NCBI GenBank assembly: GCA_963808235.1
Contig: CAWEEQ010000004.1
Location: 2,432,001 to 2,496,000, forward strand
DNA length: 64,000 nt
Direction of reading: 5' to 3'
Origin: an uncultured delta proteobacterium
Lineage (GTDB): Bacteria; Desulfobacterota; Binatia; Binatales; Binataceae
Shown: piece after piece, positions 1-8,865 of the stretch
Layout of the letters: every line of letters begins with the position of its first letter
How positions within the stretch are numbered: position 1 is the stretch's first letter
Made by a program: the position numbers and the translations under genes
The notes under the pieces: model-generated
Told to the model about the DNA's origin: nothing
The model's database searches: none
What the model saw: only the letters and a program-made list of their open reading frames with translations

Positions 1-57
1 ATCGGGAGCGATCCGACGAGTCCACATAATATTGCGCTGACGGGGACTGGGCCGTGA
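1..57 (+). CDS. 3' end of an NHL/ASH (choice-of-anchor D) surface protein, paralog of 53161..56884 (partial)
   Basis: Translates IGSDPTSPHNIALTGTGP*, versus IGSDPTSPHNVALTGTGP* at the C-terminus of the gene ending at 53161. Confidence 0.85.
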   Translation: MGSDPTSPHNIALTGTGP

Positions 58-82
58 GGAAAAAGTTGCTCGAGTCTCGGCA

Positions 83-122
83 AACCTAACCCTAACCCCT
101 TCCCCTGGTGGAAGGGGAACAA
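83..122. repeat. REP-like hairpin, CCCTAACCCCTTCCCC...GGAAGGGG family
   Basis: The same motif recurs at ~3611-3700 (two copies) and ~27817-27852. Confidence 0.7.
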
Positions 123-159
123 TCGAGTTTGTGTTTTGCTCGGTGTTTAAGGTGGGCGC

Positions 160-311
160 GCCCTCACTCTTGTGACGACATGTGAATGTCGTCGCAAACT
201 CTCTCCTGAAGGAAGCTTTGCATAACCTTGGGCGGTGCGCGGAACCTGGAATTTGGACCCTCACCCGACGCGCGCGGTGCGCGCGTCGGCTTCTCCCGAA
301 GGGAACGGTGA
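160..311. repeat. Two REP-like units of the form CCCTCAC-hairpin-CTCTCC
   Basis: Hairpins ttgtgacgacat/atgtcgtcgcaa and ccgacgcgcgc/gcgcgcgtcgg sit in the same flanking frame; a third copy is at ~2921-2978. Confidence 0.6.
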
Positions 312-312
312 T

Positions 313-442
313 TGCATAACTGGACATTGATTCGGAGCAACTCAGCTCCGCACGCCCTCAGCGGAGTCGAAGTGTTTTGCGCCGAGAAAGATTCGGGGTT
401 CCTCGGCTTCGCTCGGAATGACACGAAAAGGATGGCACAAAA
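313..442 (+). repeat. ~130-bp dispersed repeat (MITE/REP-like); inverted copy at 51920..52051
   Basis: gaagtgttttgcgccgagaaagattcggggttcctcggcttcgctcggaatgacac aligns with the reverse complement of 51920-52051. Confidence 0.8.
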
Positions 443-507
443 AATAAGGAGCATCGCTTCGCGGAGGTCCTTCGACTTTGCTCAGGACGACGGAGGAGGA
501 GCGGAGG

Positions 508-1452
508 CTATCGCGGAGCGGATGCGCGGGGTTTTGGCGTGGGGGATTTGGTTTTGTGGGGGTGGCCGTAGCGGAGGGTTGCGGCGTTGCGTTCGAAGGC
601 TTCGGCGATCGCGTTCGAGACCAGGCGGATTCTTGCGGCGCGGCGCAAGTCCTGATGCATGACCATCCAGACGGGGCGCATCGTCGGCCGTTCATCGGGC
701 CACACGCGCTCCAGTTCCGGACGATTGTCGGCGAGGCAACAGGGCAGGACGCTGATTCCGATTCCGTCTGCGACTGCTTTCATCTGCGCAAAAGTGCTCG
801 TGGTATGCATCGCGAGTCGCGCGCCCTCGAGCGACTCGCCGAGAAACGGCGCGCCGATCGCGGGCGGCGCGCCCAGGTAGTCGATTAGCGAATGACCGCT
901 TAGGCCCATCCCGCGTTTCGGAGCGCCGCGGGCTGCGAGGTAGCGATGCGAGGCGTAGGCCGTGACGCCGAACTCGCCTAGCTTGCGGCCGATCAGGTTT
1001 GAGTCTATGGGCCGCGGAATACGCACTGCGATATCGGCCTGACGTCGCGCGATGTCCAGAGTGCGAAGGCCGACCAGCAAGTCCACCTGGAGTTGCGGAT
1101 GTTTCTCGAGCAGCGTGGCGAGTGCGGGCAGAATGATCTGGTCCGCAAACATCTCGAGCGTCGCCAATCTCACCAATCCGGCGGACTGCGCGTCGTGGCC
1201 GGTCACGAGCCGCTCGACGGCCATCGCCGCGGTTTCCATTCCTTCCGCATCGTTCAGGATCGCCCGGCCGGCGGCAGTGATCGCGAAGCCTTCGGGGGTG
1301 CGATTGAAGAGTTTTGCGCCGAGGCGCCGCTCGAACGCGACGAGGCGTCGCCCGACGGTGGCATGATCGACCCGCAAGGCGCGCGCCGCGCCTGAGAGTG
1401 TTTGTTCGCGGGCGATAGCAAGGAAGAAGCGGATGTCATCCCACTGGTCCAT
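508..1452 (-). CDS. LysR family transcriptional regulator
   Basis: N-terminal HTH (WDDIRFFLAIAREQTLSGAARALRVDHATVGRR) plus substrate-binding domain; divergent from an MFS gene. Confidence 0.95.
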   Translation of the reverse strand: MDQWDDIRFFLAIAREQTLSGAARALRVDHATVGRRLVAFERRLGAKLFNRTPEGFAITAAGRAILNDAEGMETAAMAVERLVTGHDAQSAGLVRLATLEMFADQIILPALATLLEKHPQLQVDLLVGLRTLDIARRQADIAVRIPRPIDSNLIGRKLGEFGVTAYASHRYLAARGAPKRGMGLSGHSLIDYLGAPPAIGAPFLGESLEGARLAMHTTSTFAQMKAVADGIGISVLPCCLADNRPELERVWPDERPTMRPVWMVMHQDLRRAARIRLVSNAIAEAFERNAATLRYGHPHKTKSPTPKPRASAPR

Positions 1453-1625
1453 CTAATAACGTCTCTCGCTCGCCCCTCGCTCAAACTCGCCACGTACCCT
1501 GCCCCACGTTCTTCGGTGAAATTTTGCACGGCAGATGTGCACAGATACCTAATTTTCATACATGCAACCTGAGCGCAAGGATTGCTGCATCACGTTTTTC
1601 AGAACGTCCTAGCGAGGCATCATTC

Positions 1626-2864
1626 ATGACCGAGCAAGACAAAGGCGGGTGGCTAATCGTGGCTGTGCTGTTCGCAACCTTGTTTTTGATTTGGGGACCG
1701 ATCAACGCGAGCGGTGTGTTCTTTATTCCGGTGAGCAAGCACTTCGGATGGAGCCGCGGGTTCCTTTCGACCCTGACCGCGGTTGCTCCGCTGGCGGCGG
1801 GATTCAGCAGTCCGGCGGCGGGATGGCTGATGGATAGGATCGGCCCGCGCCGGGTGATGATCGCAGGGGCGGCATTGGTCGCGCTCAGCTACCTGGCGCT
1901 CAGCCGGGCGAATTCGGCGGCCGAATTTCTGTTAATCTTTGTTTTTCTCGGGGTAGGGATCACAGCCTCGACGATAATCCCCACCGCGCTGGTAATAACC
2001 AGCTGGTTTCGCGAGCGGCGCGGACTCGCGCTTGGGATTGCGCATACGGGAATTCCGCTCGGCGGCACCGGGGTTACGATCCTTGCGAACTACGTGGTGC
2101 TGCACTACGGATTTCGCGCCGGCTACGCGGTGATGGCGATGCCGATACTGCTGATTGTGGTTCCGCTGCTGGCGGTGTTCATCAGAATGCGGCCAGCCGC
2201 GGACGGAGAGGCCGCAAAGGCTCGTCCATCTGGAAATATTGCGATGCCGGGGCTCGAGGTGCGCGAGGCGTTTCGCTCGCGATCGTTCTGGATGTTCGCG
2301 ATCGCCGAGGTTCTGTTCGCCACTGGCGCGGTGGGAATCCGGATCCATCTGGTTCCGTTTCTCACCGACGTCGGATATGCGCCTACGCTGGCCGCGGAAA
2401 TCTTCGGCGCGATGTTCATCTTCAGCGCGATCGGAAGTTTCGCGGTTGGAACATTTGCAGATCGACTTGGCGGACGGGTGATGCTGGCGGTGGTGTTCCT
2501 GTCGAGCGCGGCGGGAATCGGAGCGCTGCTCGGCGCGGCGCATCTGGCGGCGGTCGCGGTCTTTATCGTGGTGTTCGGTATGGTGAGGGAAACGCCGGGG
2601 GTGCTGCTGCCGCTTGCGATTGGCGAGTCGCTGGGAATCAGGCGGCTCGGCGCGCTGCTGGGAATCCAGGCGCTGTTTACCACTTTCGGCTTCGCAGCGG
2701 GGCCGGTGATAGCGGGGCGAACCTTCGATGTGACCGGCAGCTATTCGGGCGCGTTGATGTTGTTCACCGCGATGGGCTTGGTCGCGGCCGTTGCGATGCG
2801 CGCAACCCTGCCGCTCACCGAAGAGTGCGAGCGCATCGGGGTTGAGCGGTCTGCGGCCGCATAG
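1626..2864 (+). CDS. MFS transporter (MCT/OFA-like)
   Basis: About 12 hydrophobic helices; motif A GWLMDRIGPRR and GTFADRLGGR; start trimmed to ATG 1626. Confidence 0.92.
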   Translation: MTEQDKGGWLIVAVLFATLFLIWGPINASGVFFIPVSKHFGWSRGFLSTLTAVAPLAAGFSSPAAGWLMDRIGPRRVMIAGAALVALSYLALSRANSAAEFLLIFVFLGVGITASTIIPTALVITSWFRERRGLALGIAHTGIPLGGTGVTILANYVVLHYGFRAGYAVMAMPILLIVVPLLAVFIRMRPAADGEAAKARPSGNIAMPGLEVREAFRSRSFWMFAIAEVLFATGAVGIRIHLVPFLTDVGYAPTLAAEIFGAMFIFSAIGSFAVGTFADRLGGRVMLAVVFLSSAAGIGALLGAAHLAAVAVFIVVFGMVRETPGVLLPLAIGESLGIRRLGALLGIQALFTTFGFAAGPVIAGRTFDVTGSYSGALMLFTAMGLVAAVAMRATLPLTEECERIGVERSAAA

Positions 2865-2920
2865 CGAGTGCGAGAAGCGAGCAGCGAGGTGATCGCATGG
2901 GACGGGTGCTGAATGGCAGC

Positions 2921-2978
2921 GCCCTCACCGAGGTGCGACATGCGTCGCGCGTGACCTCTCCCGGTTTGCGGATGGTGA
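2921..2978. repeat. REP-like unit CCCTCAC-hairpin-CTCTCCC
   Basis: Homologous to the units at 160-311. Confidence 0.55.
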
Positions 2979-3023
2979 CTTGAGTCGCCATCAGCGGGAG
3001 AGGCACGGGGAGGGGAGGTTATT

Positions 3024-3473
3024 TCAGAAGGCGGGGGCGGCGGCGGTCAGGCGGCGGCGGTGGGTCAGGTGTTTGGTGCGGGGGGTTATCTTGAGGCGCA
3101 GGTGCGGGGTGCGATGCGCCTCGACGTTGCGCTGGGTCTGATGCTTCCAGGTGAGCATCCGGCGGCGAAGCACAAGCGAATTGATCCCCAGCGCCTCGCA
3201 AACGGTGTCGAAACTGAATGCGTGGCGGCTGATTGCCGCCGCCATGATCCATCGCTCGGCGTCGATAAATAGCATCCGTTTGCGAGTATTTCGGGACAAA
3301 ACGCCCTGCTGATAGACGTTGATCGCGTCGGCAAGCAGGGCGAGCATCAGGCGCTGCTCGCCGGTCAGGCGATGGCCGCCGGAAACGTCATAGTACTGCG
3401 ACGGAAGGATTTGGTTCAGGCCAATGAAACGCTCGACGGCGAGATCGGAACTCAACTGGAAGCCTTCGGACAT
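3024..3473 (-). CDS. Conserved hypothetical protein (ILPSQ...GEQRLMLALLADAI...FSFDTVCEALG family)
   Basis: Helical ORF with normal codon use and a basic C-terminal tail; the motif string is recalled from deltaproteobacterial-like genomes. Confidence 0.75.
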   Translation of the reverse strand: MSEGFQLSSDLAVERFIGLNQILPSQYYDVSGGHRLTGEQRLMLALLADAINVYQQGVLSRNTRKRMLFIDAERWIMAAAISRHAFSFDTVCEALGINSLVLRRRMLTWKHQTQRNVEAHRTPHLRLKITPRTKHLTHRRRLTAAAPAF

Positions 3474-3610
3474 TTTGCAACGCCTCACGGACTCCCGTCG
3501 GGCGCGACGGGATCGACTTTCAACCTTTCAACGGCATTCGTAATTGCTAACCGTCGGAGGGGGCGTTTTGTTCCCGAGGGGGTGATTTTTTTGTTCTTGC
3601 TCCGTACGGC

Positions 3611-3700
3611 ACCCTAACCCCTTCCCCTGTGGGAAGGGGGACAATCGTACGATCACGTAACCCCTTCCCATGTGGGAAACGCACCCGGCGCATGGGGAAC
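3611..3700. repeat. Tandem REP-like hairpins (CCCTAACCCCTTCCC family)
   Basis: ccctaaccccttcccctgtgggaaggggg followed by taaccccttcccatgtgggaa. Confidence 0.7.
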
Positions 3701-3744
3701 AAAATTAAATTTAGTCTGGGGCGTTCGGAGGGGGGCGCGCGTCG

Positions 3745-4755
3745 TCAAGTTGAGAGTTGGTGGACTAGTTCGATTAGGGCGGGGTCGAGGGTGCGGCGCT
3801 GGTCGCCTAGGTCGGCCAGGGGGGTGCGGATGATTGCGCCGTGCTCTTCGCCGATTAGGGCGGGGGGTGCGCCGGCGAGGATTGCGGCGATCGCGCCTGC
3901 GCCGAGGCGGCTAGCCAGGAGGCGGTCGCGGGCGGTGGGTGCTCCGCCGCGCTGAACATGTCCGAGCACCACGACGCGCGGCTGCACGCCGAGTCGTGCG
4001 GTAAGCGCGGCGGCCACAGGGAGGACGCCGCCGGTGCCGGGACCCTCAGAGACCACGATTATCGACGAGCGCTTGCCGCGACGATGACTTTCCTCGACTC
4101 GGTTGCAGATGTCGTCGAGGCTCAGCGGGATTTCCGGGACCACGACTGCCTCTGCGCCACCGCCGAGCGCGACCGCGATCGCGATGAAGCCACTGTCACG
4201 GCCCATCACCTCGACGCAGAAGACGCGCTCATAGGCAAAAGCGGTGTCGCGAATCCGGTCGATCGCATCGAGGGCGGTGTTCACGGCGGTATCGAAGCCG
4301 ATTGAATATTCGGTGCCGGGAATGTCGTTGTCGATCGACGCAGGTATAACGAAGACCGGCGTTCCCGTCTCGTCGCCAAAAACTTTTGCCCCGCGCATCG
4401 AGCCCTCGCCACCGACCACGATGAGCGCCTCGATCCGGTGCCGTTTCAAATTGCGCGCGGCGAGGCCGCGGGCGGCTGGCGTGCGGAACTCGGGCGAGCG
4501 CGAAGTCTCGAGGAAAGTGCCGCCGCGCTGGATGATGTTGGCGACGGAGCGGCCGCTCAGCGGCTCGGCGAGATCGCGGATGAGGCCCTCGTAGCCGCGC
4601 CGGAAGCCGACCACCTCGATTCGGGCGTTAGCCGCAGTGCGGACCACGGCGCGGATGGCGGCGTTCATGCCGGGCGCGTCGCCGCCGGCGGTCAGGATGC
4701 CGATCCGGCGAGCTGGGGCGCCGGTGGAGTTGGAGGATTCAGCCGTGCCGTCCAT
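3745..4755 (-). CDS. pfkA: ATP-dependent 6-phosphofructokinase
   Basis: GGDAPGMNAAIRAVVR, PASIDNDI, GFDTA, EVMGR and LGHVQRGG motifs. Confidence 0.97.
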   Translation of the reverse strand: MDGTAESSNSTGAPARRIGILTAGGDAPGMNAAIRAVVRTAANARIEVVGFRRGYEGLIRDLAEPLSGRSVANIIQRGGTFLETSRSPEFRTPAARGLAARNLKRHRIEALIVVGGEGSMRGAKVFGDETGTPVFVIPASIDNDIPGTEYSIGFDTAVNTALDAIDRIRDTAFAYERVFCVEVMGRDSGFIAIAVALGGGAEAVVVPEIPLSLDDICNRVEESHRRGKRSSIIVVSEGPGTGGVLPVAAALTARLGVQPRVVVLGHVQRGGAPTARDRLLASRLGAGAIAAILAGAPPALIGEEHGAIIRTPLADLGDQRRTLDPALIELVHQLST

Positions 4756-4833
4756 GTGAGCTGGAGTGGGCTCGATCTCGATCGCACTCCATCATTCGAA
4801 TCTAACGAGCCGACGGGTCGGACGCGAACTAAC

Positions 4834-5328
4834 TTAGGGCATCAGGGAGGCTTGCAGGCGTACGAGTGCGGCTTTGGCTTGATCGGAAGCGTTGGAGACG
4901 GTGGGGCTGTTGCTCTCGGCGGCTATTCGGTAGTGCTTGATTGCGGCGGGTTTGTTGCCTAGCGCCTCGTAGGTGCGGGCGACGTTGACTTCGGCCTGGT
5001 CGTCGTGCGGGCAGGCGCTCAGGGCGTCGTTGTAATAGAGGAGCGCCTTGTGGAAGTCGCCCGAGGAGAATCGCTCACCGCCGCGCTCGGAGGCGGTCTG
5101 CGCGACTCCTCGATCGCATCCGCCCCGCGACTGTGAAGCGACGCCGGGAGTATATGACTGAGTGCTCTTGAGGGCGTCGATCTCCTGTTGTTGCTGTTCG
5201 ATCTGCTCCTGCTGCTGCTTGACCATCGTCTCGGTCGCGGCGATTTGGTCGGAGGTGCCGCATCCATAGCCGCCAACTGTGAGGAGGCCAAGCGTAAGCG
5301 CGAGTAAGATTCGATTGTTCGGGTTCAT
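4834..5328 (-). CDS. TPR-containing lipoprotein
   Basis: Signal peptide with lipobox-like GYGC, Gln-rich coiled coil, TPR-like helices. Confidence 0.75.
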   Translation of the reverse strand: MNPNNRILLALTLGLLTVGGYGCGTSDQIAATETMVKQQQEQIEQQQQEIDALKSTQSYTPGVASQSRGGCDRGVAQTASERGGERFSSGDFHKALLYYNDALSACPHDDQAEVNVARTYEALGNKPAAIKHYRIAAESNSPTVSNASDQAKAALVRLQASLMP

Positions 5329-5452
5329 ACTATGTTCATCATGCTGTTGACGGGGTGCTGTATTGTCGCCATCAATACTGGCGAATCGCGATGCGGTCAA
5401 TGCTGTCATGCGCGGCGTCTATTATCGAGCGGACAGGGAGGGAGAATGGGCG

Positions 5453-6136
5453 ATGATTCGAAATACAAGAGTTCTTATGCGGAGCCTGATGCTTATCGCG
5501 CTGATCGGGTTGCCGATAGTGGCGGCTCGCGCGGTGATAGCGGCAGTCAGTGCGCCAACCATGAGCGCCGGTGACGCGTTGAAGCTGCTGCTGGAAGGCA
5601 ATCAGCGTTTCGTCGAAGGGCGCCTCGAGCATCCCAATCAGACAGTGGCGCATCGCTTCGCCGTGGCCCACGGACAGCATCCGTTTGCCGCGGTGCTGGC
5701 ATGCTCGGATTCGCGGACGCCGCCGGAAATCCTGTTCGATCGCGGACTCGGCGACCTGTTCGTGGTGCGGGTGGCGGGCAACGTCGCCGACCAGGTCGTA
5801 ATCGAAAGCCTCGACTACTCGGTCAAGCATCTGGGCGTGCGGGTCGTGATGATCCTCGGGCACAACAAATGCGGCGCGGTAACCGCGGCGGTCGCGGGGC
5901 ATGAAGAGGAAGGCGACGTGGGTCCGATGCTGAAAGAGCTGCGGCCGGCGGTGGAAGCGACGAAGGGGATGGCGGGCGACCCGGTGGAGAATGCGGTGCG
6001 CGAGAACGTGAAGCTGGTGATGAAGAATCTCGCCACATCGCCGGAGCTGACGGCGATGGTGCAGTCGGGCGAGCTGAAGATAATCGGCGGCATCTACGAT
6101 CTCTACACCGGCAAGATCGAGATGCTGAAGGATTAA
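5453..6136 (+). CDS. Beta-class carbonic anhydrase, probably exported
   Basis: CSDSR and HNKCG zinc motifs, GDLFVVRVAGN; hydrophobic N-terminal signal. Confidence 0.95.
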   Translation: MIRNTRVLMRSLMLIALIGLPIVAARAVIAAVSAPTMSAGDALKLLLEGNQRFVEGRLEHPNQTVAHRFAVAHGQHPFAAVLACSDSRTPPEILFDRGLGDLFVVRVAGNVADQVVIESLDYSVKHLGVRVVMILGHNKCGAVTAAVAGHEEEGDVGPMLKELRPAVEATKGMAGDPVENAVRENVKLVMKNLATSPELTAMVQSGELKIIGGIYDLYTGKIEMLKD

Positions 6137-6164
6137 GCGAGACTTCGGTTTTTCAACATCACGC

Positions 6165-6560
6165 CTAGCGGGGCGGGGTTACGATCACTCCCGCGAAGGC
6201 GGTCGCCTGATGGCCTTCGCCGGTGGTCGCGGTCAGGGTGACTACGTAGCTGCCGGGGTTGGTGTAGGTGTGGAACAGCGCGGTGGGCGGCAGGTTGGAG
6301 ACTTGTCCGTCGCCGAAATTCCAGATGAACGATTGGAACTGCGCGCCCTCAGGATCGCTGCTCGAGGCCAGGAAGCCGACGATCAGAGGCGCGGGACCGT
6401 AGCCGGGCAGCGTCTGGAGCTGGAGGTGCGGAATCGTCGGCATCGTCATCGGGGAATAGGTTGCAGTTGGGACTCCGTTGTTATTTTGTGCGCGGACGAA
6501 TGTGGGCATCGATGCGAGAAGGATGATTGCGGCGGCGGGGATCGAATACTTCAAGATCAT
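6165..6560 (-). CDS. Secreted PKD-domain protein
   Basis: WNFGDG...HTYTNPGSYVVTLT PKD signature; signal peptide. Confidence 0.88.
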   Translation of the reverse strand: MILKYSIPAAAIILLASMPTFVRAQNNNGVPTATYSPMTMPTIPHLQLQTLPGYGPAPLIVGFLASSSDPEGAQFQSFIWNFGDGQVSNLPPTALFHTYTNPGSYVVTLTATTGEGHQATAFAGVIVTPPR

Positions 6561-6632
6561 CGGAACGCTAGTTACCACGCTTTGTGTTGGTGAACCAATT
6601 CTATGCTCGCGGATATGGGTCCATTAAGATGA

Positions 6633-7508
6633 ATGGTTATGGCACACCAACAAGCGGCTACCGTATCAACGGAGCCGACCCATCGTTACGTTGAGGCCTC
6701 GGGACTCAAACTTCACTACCTGGATTGGGGCGGAGACGCGGGCAAGCGCACTTTCGTGTTGCTGCACGGCGGTGCTGCGCATGCGCATTGGTGGGACGCT
6801 GTCGCGCCGCTGCTGACGCCGTACGGGCGCGTGCTCGCGCTCGACTTTCGCGGTCATGGCCGGAGCCAGTGGGCGCGGCCGCCGATCTACGGGCCGCCGG
6901 CATACGTCGAAGACGTGCGCGCGCTTATCGAGAGCCTCGGCACGCGAGTCGTGTTGGTGGGACATTCGATGGGCGGTGCGGTCGCACAGTGGGTCGCGGT
7001 GACGCATCCGGAGCTGCTCGCGGCGCTGATCATTGTGGATGCGCCGCACGGACCGCCGCCGCTGTTTCGCCGGCTGATGTGGCGATGGCGCCGCAAATCG
7101 CAAGGCGGCAAGCGTCCCGAGCTGCGCTCCCCCGCCGACATCATCAGGAGGTTCCGCCTGCAGCCGCCGGAGACGAACCTGACGCGGGTCGAGCTCGAGC
7201 GGCTCGCGATGCTTGGCGCGGAGCAATTGCCGACTGGCGCGTGGGCGTTCCGCTTCGATCCTGAAACGCGCGCGTGGCGAAAGCATGGCGCGAAAATGAC
7301 ACGGCCGAAGCTTAAGAACATCAAGATGCCGACGCTGCTGCTGCGCGGCGAAAAGAGCGGGCTAGTCAGCGCGCCGCATGTGCAACGGATGCATCGGAAG
7401 ATTCGCGGATCGGTGCTGAAGGAAATTCCGCGCGCGTATCATCACGTGCCGCTGGACAATCCGGGCGACACTGCGGCGGCGATTATCGAGTTCGTGGAGA
7501 AGCAATAG
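6633..7508 (+). CDS. Alpha/beta fold hydrolase
   Basis: LLHGG, DFRGHG, GHSMGG nucleophile motif, C-terminal His. Confidence 0.93.
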   Translation: MVMAHQQAATVSTEPTHRYVEASGLKLHYLDWGGDAGKRTFVLLHGGAAHAHWWDAVAPLLTPYGRVLALDFRGHGRSQWARPPIYGPPAYVEDVRALIESLGTRVVLVGHSMGGAVAQWVAVTHPELLAALIIVDAPHGPPPLFRRLMWRWRRKSQGGKRPELRSPADIIRRFRLQPPETNLTRVELERLAMLGAEQLPTGAWAFRFDPETRAWRKHGAKMTRPKLKNIKMPTLLLRGEKSGLVSAPHVQRMHRKIRGSVLKEIPRAYHHVPLDNPGDTAAAIIEFVEKQ

Positions 7509-7523
7509 CTGGCGCGCTAGCGG

Positions 7524-7865
7524 TCACGCGCGGAGCAGGAAGTCACTCAGGTCAAGCGCGTAGACACCGTCGCTGAGGGTCATCGATTTCGGCGAGCGCT
7601 TGAGCATCAGGCGCGAGATGTCCTGATCTTTCGGGAGCAGGTACACGATGTCTCCGGCGCCCATCGAGAAGACGCGCACCCGTTCTTCGCCGCGGCGCTC
7701 CTGGCCCGCGACTTCATAAGAGCTCACGTGGAAGACGAAGCCGCGCGCGCGGATAATCGCCCCATCGGTTTCCTCGACGGTGCCTACGAAGATCCGGGTA
7801 TTGTCGTCCTTGAACAGTCTGCGATCGATCAAGACGATACGGTCGCCTTCCCCAATTGCCGCCAT
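7524..7865 (-). CDS. Hypothetical protein (beta-rich)
   Basis: Clean ORF with GAGGA SD and typical codon use. Confidence 0.7.
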   Translation of the reverse strand: MAAIGEGDRIVLIDRRLFKDDNTRIFVGTVEETDGAIIRARGFVFHVSSYEVAGQERRGEERVRVFSMGAGDIVYLLPKDQDISRLMLKRSPKSMTLSDGVYALDLSDFLLRA

Positions 7866-7938
7866 CGTGGATTCCTCCTCTGGTCTCAGCGCCAGATCCT
7901 ACTTGATCTCCAGCGCAGACACGATGCGTGCGCGGGCT

Positions 7939-8802
7939 TCATTTGAGGTCGGCGAGGAACTCCAAAATTGCTCGATTGGTTTCTTCAGGCGCTTCATTCT
8001 GGGTCCAATGTCCGCAATCGATTCGCTTGACGGTGACTTTGGGCACGTAGTTCGCGATGGTGTCGGCCATCTCGGGACGCAGCACCGGGTCTTTCTCGGC
8101 GAGAATCATCAGGGCCGGAGTCATGACCTTGCGGCCGGCGTGATCGGCGGTGATTTCCCAGTTGTGATCGAAGTTGCGGTAGTACTCGAGGGCGGGAGTG
8201 ATTCCGCCGGGGCCGCGAAATCCGTCGGCAAAGACTTTCAAGTCGGCGTCGGTGAAGACGTCCTTGCGCGACGAATTGTTGATGAAGGCGTTGCGGATGA
8301 AGCCGTCGATGTCGGGCTCGATCATCGCTTCGGCGTCGCCGCGCTTTTGGAAAAATCGGATGTAGTCGAAGCGCTTGTCGGTCATCAGCTCGAGTGGACG
8401 CTTGGGAAGACGCGGCATGAACGACACGTTGAGCGCGATCAATCGCGAAAGAGCCGCGGGATATTCGAGCGCGAAGCTCCATAGGATGATCGCGCCCCAA
8501 TCATGCCCGGCGACAACGGCCTGCTCGCATCCGTAGGCGCGAATCAGACCCATCACGTCGGCGCATAGGGTCTTGATGTCGTAGGGACCCTTGCGCTCGG
8601 TCAAATTGTAGCCGCGCAAGTCGGGCGCGACGACTTTGAAGCGGGCGCCGAGCGGCGCCATCTGATGACGCCATGAATAGTGGTTCTCGGGAAATCCGTG
8701 CAGGAGCAGAACGAGAGGCCCCTCGCCCTGCGTGATGCAATGAAAGCGAATCCCGTTGGCGCTTACGTACTCATGCTTCCAGGTCTCGGCGACGTTCGGC
8801 AT
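7939..8802 (-). CDS. Epoxide hydrolase-type alpha/beta hydrolase
   Basis: HGFPE, GHDWG, YYR and GHWTQ motifs. Confidence 0.93.
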   Translation of the reverse strand: MPNVAETWKHEYVSANGIRFHCITQGEGPLVLLLHGFPENHYSWRHQMAPLGARFKVVAPDLRGYNLTERKGPYDIKTLCADVMGLIRAYGCEQAVVAGHDWGAIILWSFALEYPAALSRLIALNVSFMPRLPKRPLELMTDKRFDYIRFFQKRGDAEAMIEPDIDGFIRNAFINNSSRKDVFTDADLKVFADGFRGPGGITPALEYYRNFDHNWEITADHAGRKVMTPALMILAEKDPVLRPEMADTIANYVPKVTVKRIDCGHWTQNEAPEETNRAILEFLADLK

Positions 8803-8865
8803 CGGGAAAAATCAAAACCTCCATAGATGCGGAAGTCGCTATGTAAGCGCCGCGGCGCGAATCGA

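Noticed and set aside
3530-3550. Sigma54-like GGCA...TTGC motif
   Set aside because: GG-to-GC spacing is 11 rather than 10, and it faces away from the adjacent gene
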